This document shows positions 12,386 through 24,115 of a DNA stretch of 64,000 bases, piece by piece. The first letter of the stretch is position 1. The number at the start of each line of letters is the position of its first letter. The position numbers and the translations under genes are program-made. The DNA lies in assembly GCF_001194135.2 (NCBI RefSeq), contig NC_068982.1, positions 186,182,557 through 186,246,556 on the forward strand, in the 5' to 3' direction. Source of the DNA: Octopus bimaculoides. Lineage: Eukaryota. Under the pieces are notes generated by a model. That model was not told the DNA's origin and did no database searches. It was given only the letters and a program-made list of their open reading frames with translations.

Positions 12386-13916
12386 GTGAACTAATGAACC
12401 AGACAGCAGTTCTAGTTCACTGACATGAATCCAGTGTGTATATTTTCTGTTTTAACGATTTGTCGATTCAGTTTCGAACTTGGCTTCAGTAGTTTTGCTG
12501 ATGTTATATTGATGGGGAAAAGTCTCACAGTTAATGGTGATGGGTGACTCCAGGAACCGGAAGTAAGAGTTCTATGCCAATATTGCTGAAGCGCAGATGT
12601 GGAAAAAAACCTTCTTATGAGTTTTGGGGTTAAAATTGTACGGGAAACATGAAGAGGAATACCCAGGAAGATGGTTTCAATGAGTCACTTAGCTGTCTAA
12701 AATAGGTCAGGTGAAACACATTTTGTAGATGTGGAAGGAGGATGTATGGTGTTCTGGCTTATTCAGGTAGTGACAGGACAAAACAAATGTATGCAGAGAC
12801 AGTGATGGATGGGTAAAGACAGAGTTTGGAGGTGAGAAACTGGCTGAAAGTGTTTGGTGTGTCTTGTAGGGAATAAGCACAGGTGTAGCTAATGGCTGTG
12901 CAGGTAGTTAAGAGGTTGCAACCCATGACAGTCTTGCATCAGTGTGAGAGCTTGGAAGAGTTGTACGCATAGAGAGACCTCGAGTGTGACTCCACCGTGT
13001 AAGAGACGGAGAGAGAAGTAAAGGGACATAGATGTCTTCAACGGAGGAAATGCAACAGCTCTATAATTACTGGATGTGACTGGAGGACATTGGGATGTGG
13101 TAGGAACTAATACGTTATTTGTTAAAACTTGCCCCTCCCGAGTTGTCTTTTCCTTTTTGTTCACTGAATTCACTTACATGATGACTTTATCTGAAAAATA
13201 ACTTGGAAAAGTCATGAATTTACTACATTTGTATTCATTAATAGTTCTATAGTACTGTCCACTATAAAGTGGCAAAAAATTTCGTCGTATATCTACGACT
13301 TGGGTATTAACACAACGACAAAAGGTCAGTGAGCGGGTCGTTATATTTACGACGAACTTTTTTGAAGCTTCGTAGTATGCAATACTACCAAGAAACAAAA
13401 CGAAGAAAAACAGGAATACATATGCGTGCACATATATTATATAGGTAATTGTTCAGTATGGTTATATTTAAAAAGTAAATAAAAATTAAGGGGGGAGATA
13501 AGTAGTAAAAGAAACAAAGAGACCTTAAATATATACATATACATCACACACGCCGATCGCAGAGTGACCATTGGTTTCGCACTTATGGTCACTCTCTGAC
13601 CGGCCATAACAAACTTCTAAATATATTACTGCTCAAATATTTTAGTGTGTTTCTTTTACGAATAAATAAACCACTGATGACCGGCTAACCAGCGCAATCG
13701 ACCTGCTTCTTCCTGTGTTTGTTTCTCCATTTTCCACATGATTATAATTATAAACTGCGGTTTACACGATAAATTACCTGCCTCTGGATACCTTCTAACA
13801 AAGACGGTACCCACACAAGTAATCTCCAGGAGTGCCTTCGGATTTAATTCTCCCTTAGTTGCTTAAACACTTTTAGCCCATCACTTGAATGTTTAAACAA
13901 TCCTAACTTATACCTA

Positions 13917-13949
<33 letters not shown>

Positions 13950-14830
13950 CCAGCGGTCAGACATCACTGCTGTTTCTAATAAAGTATGGAATGTATGTTT
14001 TTGTATGCGGGAAAATGTGAACTTACATTTGTAATATAAGTAAGAAATGGGGTTTATAACATGAAACACTTGTAACATTTATGGCGAAGTAACTTCATTC
14101 GCATCTAAGAATTTCAAAACTAAAACCATTCTGCAATCCGATAAGAATTAGATATGAAACTTTTATTTTAAAATGTCACTAAATGAAAATCGAAAATATT
14201 GCATCAGTTTGAGACAATGGTAAAAGACTATTGTATAACCTTAACCATTATATTAGAGACACACTGTTAACTTGTATGTCTGTGCTTCAGAAATTAGAAA
14301 CTTCAACCAATTTTTACCCCTCTTACGTGGGCTTATTTATCGGATGCTTTCATATATCTAGAATATCAATTTAATAATTATCGTATTTGTTGGCATAAAA
14401 GAGTCCCATTTTTAGTGCATTAAAATATATATATATATAGCATCGCATACAGGATCCGGGGCGAATTATTTTTGAGACACTTTTTTTTTTATAAAATATG
14501 CATCTTCTATGCCATGAAATACAGTATATTTCAATTTCTGAAGAGAGTATAGAACCACAAATTTATAGCGAAGGGGATTTGGTGGTGTACATGCTTTTCT
14601 ATAAAACAAAAGTGGAATTAGCTGCAGCTGAGAATCAAGAACTGGTCGCAGACTTTGCTGGAAGGGAGCTCGATTTCTTCAGGAATTTTACATCGATAAG
14701 CTTCTTTTGCTCGTGTGTCTATGGTGTGCAAAAGAACAAGACTCAAACATCATCGCATATTTAAAATCTTCTGACACTGAACGAGACGACCGAATGAAAG
14801 ACAAACATGGAATTATTTTAAAGAATTTAC

Positions 14831-14899
14831 CTCAATTTTCTTCACTGGTTGAGTTAATTCGATTTTGTCAAGCTTCAATAAGTCATCGAGTGTCTCCAT
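14831..14899 (-). CDS. POLR3B: RNA polymerase III subunit RPC2, coding exon 1 (METLDDLLKLDKIELTQPVKKIE)
   Basis: ATG at 14899, 69 nt, donor GAG|gtaaat. Splices in phase 0 to the [10 protein letters not shown] exon; ETS motifs lie about 100 nt upstream. Confidence 0.85.
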
Positions 14900-14959
14900 T
14901 CTTCCTTTCTTTTCACCAAAGCGAAATTAACTGCTATTTATCCAACATCAATCACAATA

Positions 14960-15045
14960 ACAACATGAAAAAGACAAATGTAAACATGTGCGCCGGTTGA
15001 TAGACCGGAAGCCAGAACTTTAAAGGTACGGACTTCCGGTATTGG
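14960..15045 (-). promoter_or_regulatory. Probable POLR3B core promoter with an inverted pair of ETS-type sites
   Basis: CCGGAAG at 15005-15011 and CTTCCGG at 15033-15039, about 110-140 nt upstream of the ATG in a locally CpG-rich patch. Confidence 0.55.
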
Positions 15046-15190
15046 GAGTTAACCACCTTGTCACACGCGATTTGGTATATTTGCTAACGAAGAAATTTAT
15101 TAACCCACAAAGAGCTGGGATTTGCACTTACATAGCATGGACTGCTATGAAAATGAGACTACCATGCACACATAAAAAACAAAAAATAGT

Positions 15191-15460
15191 GGATCTTTCT
15201 GATTTGACGGGCAACACTTTTCATTCATGTTTTATGTAGTGTTTTTGGTACCGAAACACTTTCAAACTTCGTATACTTTTTGTATTCGAAGTTATTTCAT
15301 GTAAAAAATTGTCGTATTTCGGTAATTTCAACCAATTACTGACGTCTATTGAGGTGAAAACAAGTACTGCCGTGGAATGTAAACAACATATACTAACGGT
15401 GTCAAGTTTGAAAGTGTTTCGTTAAGACAACAAGTGGTGCCCGTCAAATCAGAAAGATCC
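15191..15460. mobile_element. 270-bp MITE with GG...CC TIRs and 8-bp TSD (Merlin- or hAT-type)
   Basis: GGATCTTTCTGATTTGACGGGCA / TGCCCGTCAAATCAGAAAGATCC, with AAAATAGT on both sides (15183-15190, 15461-15468). Confidence 0.8.
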
Positions 15461-16058
15461 AAAATAGTTAAAATATCTTCTTAGTATATCATATGAAAGT
15501 TCATTAGTTGAACTATTAGTCCTCTTGCATTCTGGTGGGTATCGGAGCGTTTGAGTTACATTAGACCCCAACAAACGCGCATCTGTCTGGACCACGATCT
15601 TAGCCTGTCGACCTGTGCCTGACGGCCACGATCGTGGCCCGTCGTGCTTTATGTGTTAATTATTTGATAGATATAGATTAAGACAACGGAAACAGATTTA
15701 TTGTGGTATAAGAATATATCTTTTATTTCTTTCAGTCACTAAATTGCGGCCATGCTAGAGCACTGCCCTGGAGAATCTTTTTAATAGAATGAATCGACCA
15801 AATATTTATTTTTTTAAGCCTGGTACTTATTCTAGCCTTCAATTTTGTCGACTGCTAAGTTACGGGGACGTAAACACACCAACACTGGTTGTCAAGCGGT
15901 ATTGGGGGACAAACACACACACATACATACATACATACATACATACATACGTACGTACGTACGTACGTACATACAAGCCCAGCCCAATGTGCCACGCAAT
16001 GGGACTGATCCCGGAACCATGTGGTTGGGAAGCAAGCCTCTTACCACACAGCCATGCC

Positions 16059-17095
16059 ATGTACAGGGATGCTGTCAGTAAGGTGAGGGTTGGCAATGAG
16101 TACAGTGAAGAATTCCAGGTAGGGGTAGGGGTCCACCAAGGATTAGTCCTCAGTCCCCTCTTATTCATCATTAGTCCTCCAGGCAATAACAGAGAAATTC
16201 AAGACAGGATGCCCCTGGGAGCTCCTCTATGCTGATGACCTTGCTCTCATTGCTGAGTCACTATCAGAACTTCAGGTGTGGAAACCAGGTCTAGAATTGA
16301 AGGGCTTTGAAATCAATCTAGCAAAAACCAAAGTCTTAGTAAGTAGGAAGGCAAACAAATCACAAATCCCTTCAGGTAGATGGTCCTGCTCAATCTGTAG
16401 AAAAGGCATAGGTAGAAACTCCATAAGATGTACCTGGTGTAAGCTATGGACACACTTCAACGGTGCTTGTTACATGCTGGCATACAGCAATATCAAAGGA
16501 AGGCTAACTGGGAAGATAGTTTTGTGTGTGACAACTGCTCAAGGGCAATAAGCACTGGAAATGTGCAGAAAACAGCTTCCATCACATGCCAGGGGGGGAA
16601 ACTAGAAGTAGGTGATAGCTTCAGTTACCTAGGTGACCAAGTCAGTAGCAAGGGTGGATGCTCTGTGAGTGTAGCTGCTAGAATAAGAATAGCCTGGGCA
16701 AAGTTCAAAGAGCTCCTACTATTGCTGGTAGTAAAAGGTAGACTGTATGACGCATGTGTGCAAACAGCCATGCTATATGGCAGTGAAACATGGGCCGTGA
16801 CTGCTATGAACATGCGTAAGCTTGCAAGGAATGAAGCCAGTATGCTTCGCTGGATGTGTAATGTCAGTGTGTGTACACGACAGAGTGTAAGCACCCTGAG
16901 AGAAAAGCTGGACATAAGAAGCATCAGATGTGGTGTGCAAGAGAGAAAACTGCGCTGGTATGGTCATGTGTTGCATATGGATGCGGACAGCTGTGTGAAA
17001 AAGTGTCACACCCTAGCAGTAGAGGGAACCTGTGGAAGAGGTAGACCTAGGAAGACATGGGATGAGGTGATGAAGCACGACCTTCGAACAGTGGG
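16059..17095 (+). mobile_element. RTE-clade LINE reverse-transcriptase fragment (frameshifted)
   Basis: GVHQG.VLSPLLF, ELLYADDL, KTKVL, FSYLG, MLYGSETW, LRWYGHV and RGRPRKTW motifs. Confidence 0.92.
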
Positions 17096-17227
17096 CCAAT
17101 TTAGAAATACATATAAGGGAGACAACAAGTGTTGGCTTATTGTCACTTAAACAGGAGTTATTTCCCCATACACCATACTGCTGAAATTCATCAACACTAT
17201 ATATATTTTTTTTATCCGATGTTCTTG

Positions 17228-17427
17228 GCAGAAACGTTAGCACGCCGGGCGAAATGCTTAGCGGTATTTCGTCTGTCTTAATGCTCTGAGTTCAAATTCC
17301 GCCGTGGTCGACTTTGCCTTTCATCCTTTCGGGATCCATAAATTAAGTACCACTTGCATACTGGGGTAGATTTAATCGACTGGCCACCTCACCGAAAATT
17401 TCGGGGCTTGTTCCTGGAGTAGAAACG
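17228..17427 (+). mobile_element. MetaSINE-like SINE (representative of more than 15 copies)
   Basis: gagttcaaattccgcc..gtcgactttgcctttcatcctttcggg..ataaattaagtacca. Other copies near 30230, 30480, 35170, 36060, 49590, 53700-54460, 55150, 56555, 62225 and 63230. Confidence 0.8.
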
Positions 17428-17659
17428 GATATTCTTGAGACTTTAAGGGTTTCGGATTTAGAAATGAGTGGATATTTGACTCTATGAAATGAGAGTTTAG
17501 GGAAGTTGCCCAAGTCTAAAACGCTGTTTATTTCTCAAAAGAATTTATAACATATAATAGCTAACACTTCCGCACGGGGAAAGAAAACGGACATAGAATG
17601 CGAGGGTGGCGATGTAAAAAAGAATTTTAATATTTCATAACAAAGTTTTTCACAATCAT

Positions 17660-17950
17660 AACTCCCGTTGTATGGAACACGTGAATATTTACAAACGAAG
17701 CAAACAATAAATTCCTTTTCTCTTTTTCCTTCTCCATAAAGTAGTAATTACTTTTCCGAAAATCCGCGGCCATTTTACAGAAACCAGGCGCCAACCCAGT
17801 TACAAACATGTGAGTCTCTCAATGGAAAGCTTCGCTTTTCACTAAAACAGATCCGGAATTTTCATTTTCGTCCAACCCAGACAGGATGACGTTGCTTCAC
17901 AACAACTGGGCTTCCTAGGAATTTTCCGAGTGCTTTCTGGAATTTTCCAT
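17660..17950. promoter_or_regulatory. Unique CpG-rich regulatory-like block
   Basis: E-box CACGTG 17678, YY1-like GCCATTTT 17769, CCGGAA 17853, GGAATTTTC(C) three times (17855, 17918, 17939), plus-strand donor gtgagt at 17810. Confidence 0.35.
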
Positions 17951-19159
17951 TTGTATCAGCTCTCTATGTTTCAGATAAAGGATTATCAGCTGTTACGATT
18001 TATAGCAGAGGCACAATGTCACAGCTGTTGGTGAAGAGTGGAGCCAGTCCTATCAACTCCACTATTTGACAAACTAGGATTTATATTACAGACATTGGAA
18101 AGATGACTGCATGTATGTGTGTGTATGTGCAGTTCAGCAAAAGAGACTGATGGAGTAAGTAGTGGGCTTACAAAGAATAAGTCCTGGAGTCAATTTCTTC
18201 AACTAAAAAGGCGGCGCTCCAGCATGGCTGCTGTCAAACAACTGAGAGGAATGAAAGAATATAAGAACGTGTGTGTGCATGTGTGTGTTCTGTGTGTATG
18301 TGTGTGCATGTGAGTGTATGTGTGTGTATGTGTGTTTGTGTCTGTGTGTGTGTGTGTGTGTGCGAGCTTTGTGGCGTGTGTGTGTGTGTGTGCATGTTTA
18401 TGTGTGCATATGTCTGTGCATGTGTGTACACATTTGTGTGTGTGTGTGTGCACGAGCTTTGTGCATGTGTGTGTGTGTGCAAGTGTGTAAATATATACAT
18501 ACTTTAGGGTGCTGGTGGCACATAAAAAGCACCCCTTACACTCTGCAAAGTGGTTGGTGCTAGGAAGGGCATCCAGCCATAGAAGCCATATTGGAGTCTG
18601 GACAGCTCCTGTCAAACCGTCCAACCCATGCCAGCATGGAAAACAAATGTATGATGTATGATGATGATGATGGTACATTCATTCAAGCTTTTTGTGTCAT
18701 CAGTTTTCACAATCCTTTCTGCAGATGTTTTAAGCTGTTTTCCCTTAGGAAATACATTTCATTCTATTGATGTCATTCTGTCTTCTTGTAAATAAAACTG
18801 AGAACTTCCTTCCGTAGGAAGGAAATGGGGAAATCTTTCAACTTAAAGAACAATCCATGTTGCTATGATGATGGTGATAGAGGGCATGACTGCGGCTGCA
18901 GAGTTGGCGTTGACAGCAGCGGCGGTGGTGGTGGTGGTGGTGATATTGGTAATGACGATGTTATGGCTGTAGTTGTGTTGTTGTTGTTGTTGGAGGTGGT
19001 GGTGGTGGTGGCAGCGGTAGTGGCTGTGGTGGTGGTGTACCAGCTGAACGCTGGGGTTAAGGCAATCAACTTACTCCTATCTTAAAATTGCTGTTCTTGT
19101 GCCAAAATTTGAAACCAATATAATTAATTAATTAATTAATTATAAGGCAATGAGCTAAC

Positions 19160-20035
19160 AGAATTTTTTTTACAAGTCTAGGATTGGTTCGAAAGCTGCT
19201 TAGCAAGAAAACTACTTTAGTTGGAACAATCAGAAAGAAAAGAGTTGAACTTCCAAGTGCTTTCACACATGGAAAAGGAAGAGAAATCAACAGCACAATA
19301 TTTGGATTTTAAAAGGATTCTATGATCCTTTCTTATTGTCCCAAGAAAGAATATGTAGTCGCACTTATGAGTACAATGCACTCTCAGCCTTCAATTGATT
19401 CAAAAAATGCTGAAAAGAAACCAGAAGTTATTACATGTTACAACAAAACAAATGGAGGAGTAGATACCCGAGATAAGATGGCAAGAACATAGACATGCAA
19501 AAGAATGACTCAAAGATGGCCTACGGTTATATTCTACAATAGGATTCATATAAGTCCCGTGAATACTTTCATTGTTGCAAAGTTTCAAGGATAAAAGAAG
19601 ACAGTGCCTAATTCAGTTAGGAACGGAACTTGCCAGGGTTAATGCTAAACAAGAATATGACAAACAGTCTACTAGTTCCGCTAACATTTCTGAACCAAAC
19701 AAGAAAAGAAGATGCTTTTCACCCTCATTTGAGATTCCTCAGCCAAAGGAAAATGGAAGATGTTCTTCGGGTGGCCCAAAGAAAAGGGAGGAGGACTCAT
19801 ACTACATGTTGTCTGCATTCACTGCCATGGAGAGCTGTAATTCTGTACTTTTGTAATTTTTTTAATTTATGTTATATTCCATAAGCTGTATTTTTTAATA
19901 AAAATCTGTGAGAAACAGTAATTCTTCATTCACCTGACAGCATAGTTTGAATAAAATTTAATTAAAAGAAAAATATTGGCTCCATTGGACCCAGTTGCTA
20001 ATTAGTGACATGCATTTTCTCTGGTAGACCAAGGG
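19160..20035 (+). mobile_element. piggyBac transposase 3' remnant with right terminus
   Basis: FFTSLGLVRKLL..TTLVGTIRK.R.ELP, LMSTMH, KPEVI..YNKT.GGVD..DKM, RWP..IFYN. Ends GGG|TTAA at 20033-20039. Confidence 0.88.
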
Positions 20036-20369
20036 TTAAATTCCTTAAATGGATGTTCTATACACACAAAATTCTTAAACTGGACAACAACTCATCAGAA
20101 AATAGCTGTTTCAACCCTTTAGTTACCATATTTCTATTAAAAAAAGACACTGACTTTATTTCAAATAATTTTGGTCAGCCCGAGACTATAGTAGAAGACA
20201 CTTGCTCAAGGTGTCACACAGTGGGACTGAACCCGGAACCATGTAGTTGGGAAACCTGCGCCTATAATGAAAAATTTAGTAGAATGAAATAAACTAATCA
20301 CAAATTTTGATAGGAGATCTAATTTACACAATTACTCTAAAACAGAAAGTTTATATCACAAAATACAGG

Positions 20370-20850
20370 ATGGGCTGGCCTTCAAGGATGGTGCGGTACC
20401 AAGCATTGTGGTCAGCAGTCTGGGGGATCTACCAGTGGGGGGGGGTCAATATTACAAACTGTCACAGTCTTTTTTAGCATGTCTTTATACCATCCCTTGA
20501 GCGCCAGAAAGCAATTCTCTGTGGGCCACAATCTTTGGCAGGTGATGGTCAACTATCCTGAAGACATATCCCATCCAGCAGAGTTGTGTCTTCCTAAGAA
20601 TGGCCTTGATATTGGTGGTCTCGGCTTTCTCCAGGACGCCTGTGTTGGTGACATAGTCAGTCCAGTGGATATTTGATATGGTGCGCAAACAGCATCAGTA
20701 GAACCTCTCCAGGAAGCAGGTGTGACACCGATACAGGAGCCATGGCTCAGAGGTGTGGCAGTAAGTGGAAAGAACTGGAGACCAGCAAACGCTGAACATT
20801 GTCTCTGTTTTCAGTTTGTTATTTCTCCATACCTTGTCTTTAAGTCTCCC
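20370..20850 (-). mobile_element. Old RTE/BovB-like LINE 3' fragment
   Basis: GRLKDKVW..SEPW.LY..LERF*CCLRTISNIHWTDYVTN.GVL..LCWMGYV.R..LPK. Confidence 0.8.
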
Positions 20851-22043
20851 AAACACACAACACACAACACACATACAAGCACACACACACACACACATAC
20901 ACATACACACACACAAACACATACATGTGTCTTCTACAATAGCCTCAACTTCCCAACCATATGGTTCCGGGTTCAGTCCCACTGTGTGGCACCTTGGGCA
21001 AGTGTCTTCTACTATAGCCTCGGGCCGACCAAAGCCTTGTGAGTGGATTTGATAGAAAGAAACTGAAAGAGGCCGTGTGTACGCGCGCGAGCATGTGTAT
21101 CTGTTTGTGTGTCTGTGTTTGTCCCCCCACCATCGCTTGACAACCGATATTGGTGTTTATGTTCCCGAAACTTAGCGGTTCGACAAAAGAGATCCGATAG
21201 AATAAGTACTGGGCTTACAAAGGATAATTCCTGGGATCGATTTGTTCGACTAAAGGCGGTGCTCCAGCATGGCTGCAGTCAAATGGCGGAAACAAAGTAA
21301 AAGAGTAAACGAGTATTATTTTTACCTGTCTACAAACACAGCCAGGCTGAAATAATTAATGCATTCTTCCAGGAGTGAATAAAAAAATTCTCAAACTTGA
21401 AGAGATGGGCCCCTTAGATACTAACATGGGCCCCTATATAGAGAGATTCTTATGGCGCAGCGGCTCACTTGCCATCGGGCAAGCTGGCATCCACCACTCA
21501 CTGACTCATACACACATGCCTCTACACAGCTGGTACAACTTATCGAGTCAACCTAAGTTTTCTCACACGACCAGGATTCACAGCCAAACAATAGAAGCAC
21601 TAAATACCACCACCACCGCCGCCGCCACCATCACAGCTGCCACCATCACTACCGCCATCTCCACCACCACCAGACATGTATTCAATACTATTAAAGCGAT
21701 CTTGAAAAGATTGTAGTAACGTGACTGTGTCAAGGTTGACTCTTTGAACGTATAATTTGGTGTGACGTTAATACTAATTATGAGCCAGTCTCTGCGCTGT
21801 ATAGGGAAACCGCTGAGACAATACCAAACTTGTTACGTTTGTTTGGTTTTGTAATGTCTGAAGGTCTCGTATATACACGCACGCATGCATGCACGCATAC
21901 ACACGCACGCACCAACAAACAAACAAACAAATTAACACACTGACACATATATGTCCCAGACTGGCAGTGTAAATGTCGCTATTTTGAGAAGCCTATAGCC
22001 ATGGTGTGTGCAAGAGATCGAGGAAAACAGATGTTGGATGATG

Positions 22044-22240
22044 ATGATGATGATAGCTAGCTAGATAGACAGATAGATAGATAGTCAGACAGACAGACAG
22101 ATAGAGATAGCTAGATAGATAGATAGATAGACAGACAGGCATAGCTAGATAGATAGATAGCTAAGTAGATAGACAGGTAGACACGTAGCTAGCTAGCTAG
22201 CTAGATAGATAGATAGACAAAAACAGACTGAGAGACCGAC

Positions 22241-22274
<34 letters not shown>

Positions 22275-22275
22275 G
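22044..22275 (+). repeat. Compound tetranucleotide microsatellite (GATA/GACA/TAGC)
   Basis: Direct reading. Confidence 0.95.
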
Positions 22276-22453
22276 ATAGGCTTCTTTCAGTTTCCATCTA
22301 CCAAATCCACTCCCAAGGCTTCAGTTGGCCCAAGGCTACAATAGAAGACACTTGCCCAAAGTGCCACGCTGTGGGACTGAACCTGGAACCATGTGGTTGG
22401 GAGGCAAGCTTCTTGCTACACAGTCACACCTGCACCTATGTATACCATTTCTA

Positions 22454-22522
22454 TACTTACCTATAACTTACCTATGACTTCCCTATGACTTCCCTATACT
22501 TACCTATGACTTACCTATGACT
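22454..22522 (+). repeat. 11-bp tandem repeat, about 6 units (ACTTACCTATG)
   Basis: Direct reading. Confidence 0.85.
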
Positions 22523-23384
22523 TGATTGTTAGTGCATTGTTATGGATGGCTAATCAATATTTATGTATATTTATTGGATGACTCATTCATCATCACACGA
22601 CTTCATTGTTGAGGATGGCATTAGTCAACATTTACATAGAGGAATAGTCGTGTGGTAACAGGTTTGCTACCCAACCACAGGGTTTTTGGTTCGATCTTAC
22701 TGCATGGAACCTTGTCTTCTACTATAGTCCTGGGCTGATCAAAGCCTTGTGAGTGAATTTGATAAATAGAAACTTAAAGAAGCCAGTCAAATTATCATAT
22801 GCTAGACCACTGGTTTTAATTGATTAATATCAATTTCTACCCTTATTAATAAATTTTAAATAATGATGTTTTCAAACCGGTAAATTAGCTGCAAAAATTT
22901 GTTAACTGCAGGGTTATTTCCGGACTTAGCGCGTCAGATTGAAGACATTTGAAGGGATACACTGAATGTAATTTGTAGAACTCTACACATGCTCCCTTTC
23001 GGGTGGATGTCTTGTGTCTAGTTCTGGAAATTATATTTTATAAATCGACAGACTACGCTGATGATCCTGCAGATATTTACTTATGTAAATTTTAACAGGT
23101 GAAACCATGGTACGTAGGTTAATCGTTTTTTTTTTATTTAGTATTTTTTCATTTGTCTTGCCCTTTTACAGTCTGTTGTGTCGCTAGATTTTTACTGAGA
23201 ACATATTTTTCATGGTTAGATGATTCAGCATCTATTTCTAGCATATAGGAGTCCACTTTTGCTGGTCATTCCTCTTATTTGTGTATGTAATATAATTTTA
23301 ATCTTCGGATTTTTTTAATATGCTAGACCACGGTTTTAATTGATTAATATCAATTTCTACCCTTATTAATAAATTTTATATATA

Positions 23385-23525
23385 CACTAGCGTAGCTAGA
23401 GTGTGTGCCACCTGGAGCAGCCCTTCCGTTTGCTGCCACTGCTGGACCCCACAAAGAACAATTATTGCTTACAGCAGACCCAAAAGTGTCACCCTATTAA
23501 AAGTGACCCTCTAGCTATGCTAGTG
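23385..23525. mobile_element. 141-bp MITE, TIR CACTAGCGTAGCTAG, TA-flanked
   Basis: 15-bp TIRs with 1 mismatch. A homologous inverted copy lies at 33662-33823. Confidence 0.75.
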
Positions 23526-23556
23526 TAAAAAATGCACACACACACACACATATATA

Positions 23557-23680
23557 TACGTAGTCTGATCAATAAGTATCCGGACTGTTTCTATAGTAAC
23601 GAAGCTAAAGCATGGAGAGCGAAACTGCTCAGCACGGATTGACCTTGAACCCTACTGCACATGCACACTAAGTTTTAACG
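23557..23680 (+). mobile_element. Mariner-like left end fragment
   Basis: TACGTAGTCTGATCAATAAGTATCCGGACT TIR-like start after a (TA)n run; no right end found. Confidence 0.45.
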
Positions 23681-24083
23681 TAAAGAGCACCATTCAAGCG
23701 TTGAGCCTCACGGAGGCAAAGTGGCTGAGCTCCTTTTGAGCGTTGGGCCTCATGGAGACAATGACCAAGACCAGTGGCATTATGTTGTACTTGAGAAGAA
23801 GACCCATCAAACTGAGCAAAATGGCAGTTGTGGCAGATACCGGTGTCACGCAAATGACACCCGTGCCAGTGGAATGTAAAAGCACCCATTACACTCTTGG
23901 AGTGGTTGGCGTTAGGAAGGACATCCAGCTGTAGAAAACCATGCCAAATCAGACTGGAACTTGGTGCAGCTTTCTAGCATACCAGCTCTGGTCAAACCGT
24001 CTAACACACGCCAGCATGGACAATGGATGTTAAATGATGACGATAATGATGATGATATATAGATAGATAGATAGATAGCAAGC

Positions 24084-24115
<32 letters not shown>

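Noticed and set aside
13178-13190. 13-nt micro-exon in POLR3B intron 1
   Set aside because: It would break the frame between exons 1 and 2, and there is no supporting evidence beyond splice-like flanks.
13670-13710. CTGATGA followed by a short hairpin as a hammerhead or C/D box
   Set aside because: No GAAA half and no downstream CTGA D box.
14498-15000. Two plus-strand ORFs (88 and 97 aa) overlapping the POLR3B start
   Set aside because: No recognisable family or convincing exon chain; the second is largely antisense to POLR3B exon 1 and its UTR.
18199-18678. His/Thr- or Cys/Val-rich ORFs (also 439, 18825, 38137, 44950, 61942)
   Set aside because: Translations of (CA)n, (GAT)n, (GGT)n and (GA)n microsatellites.
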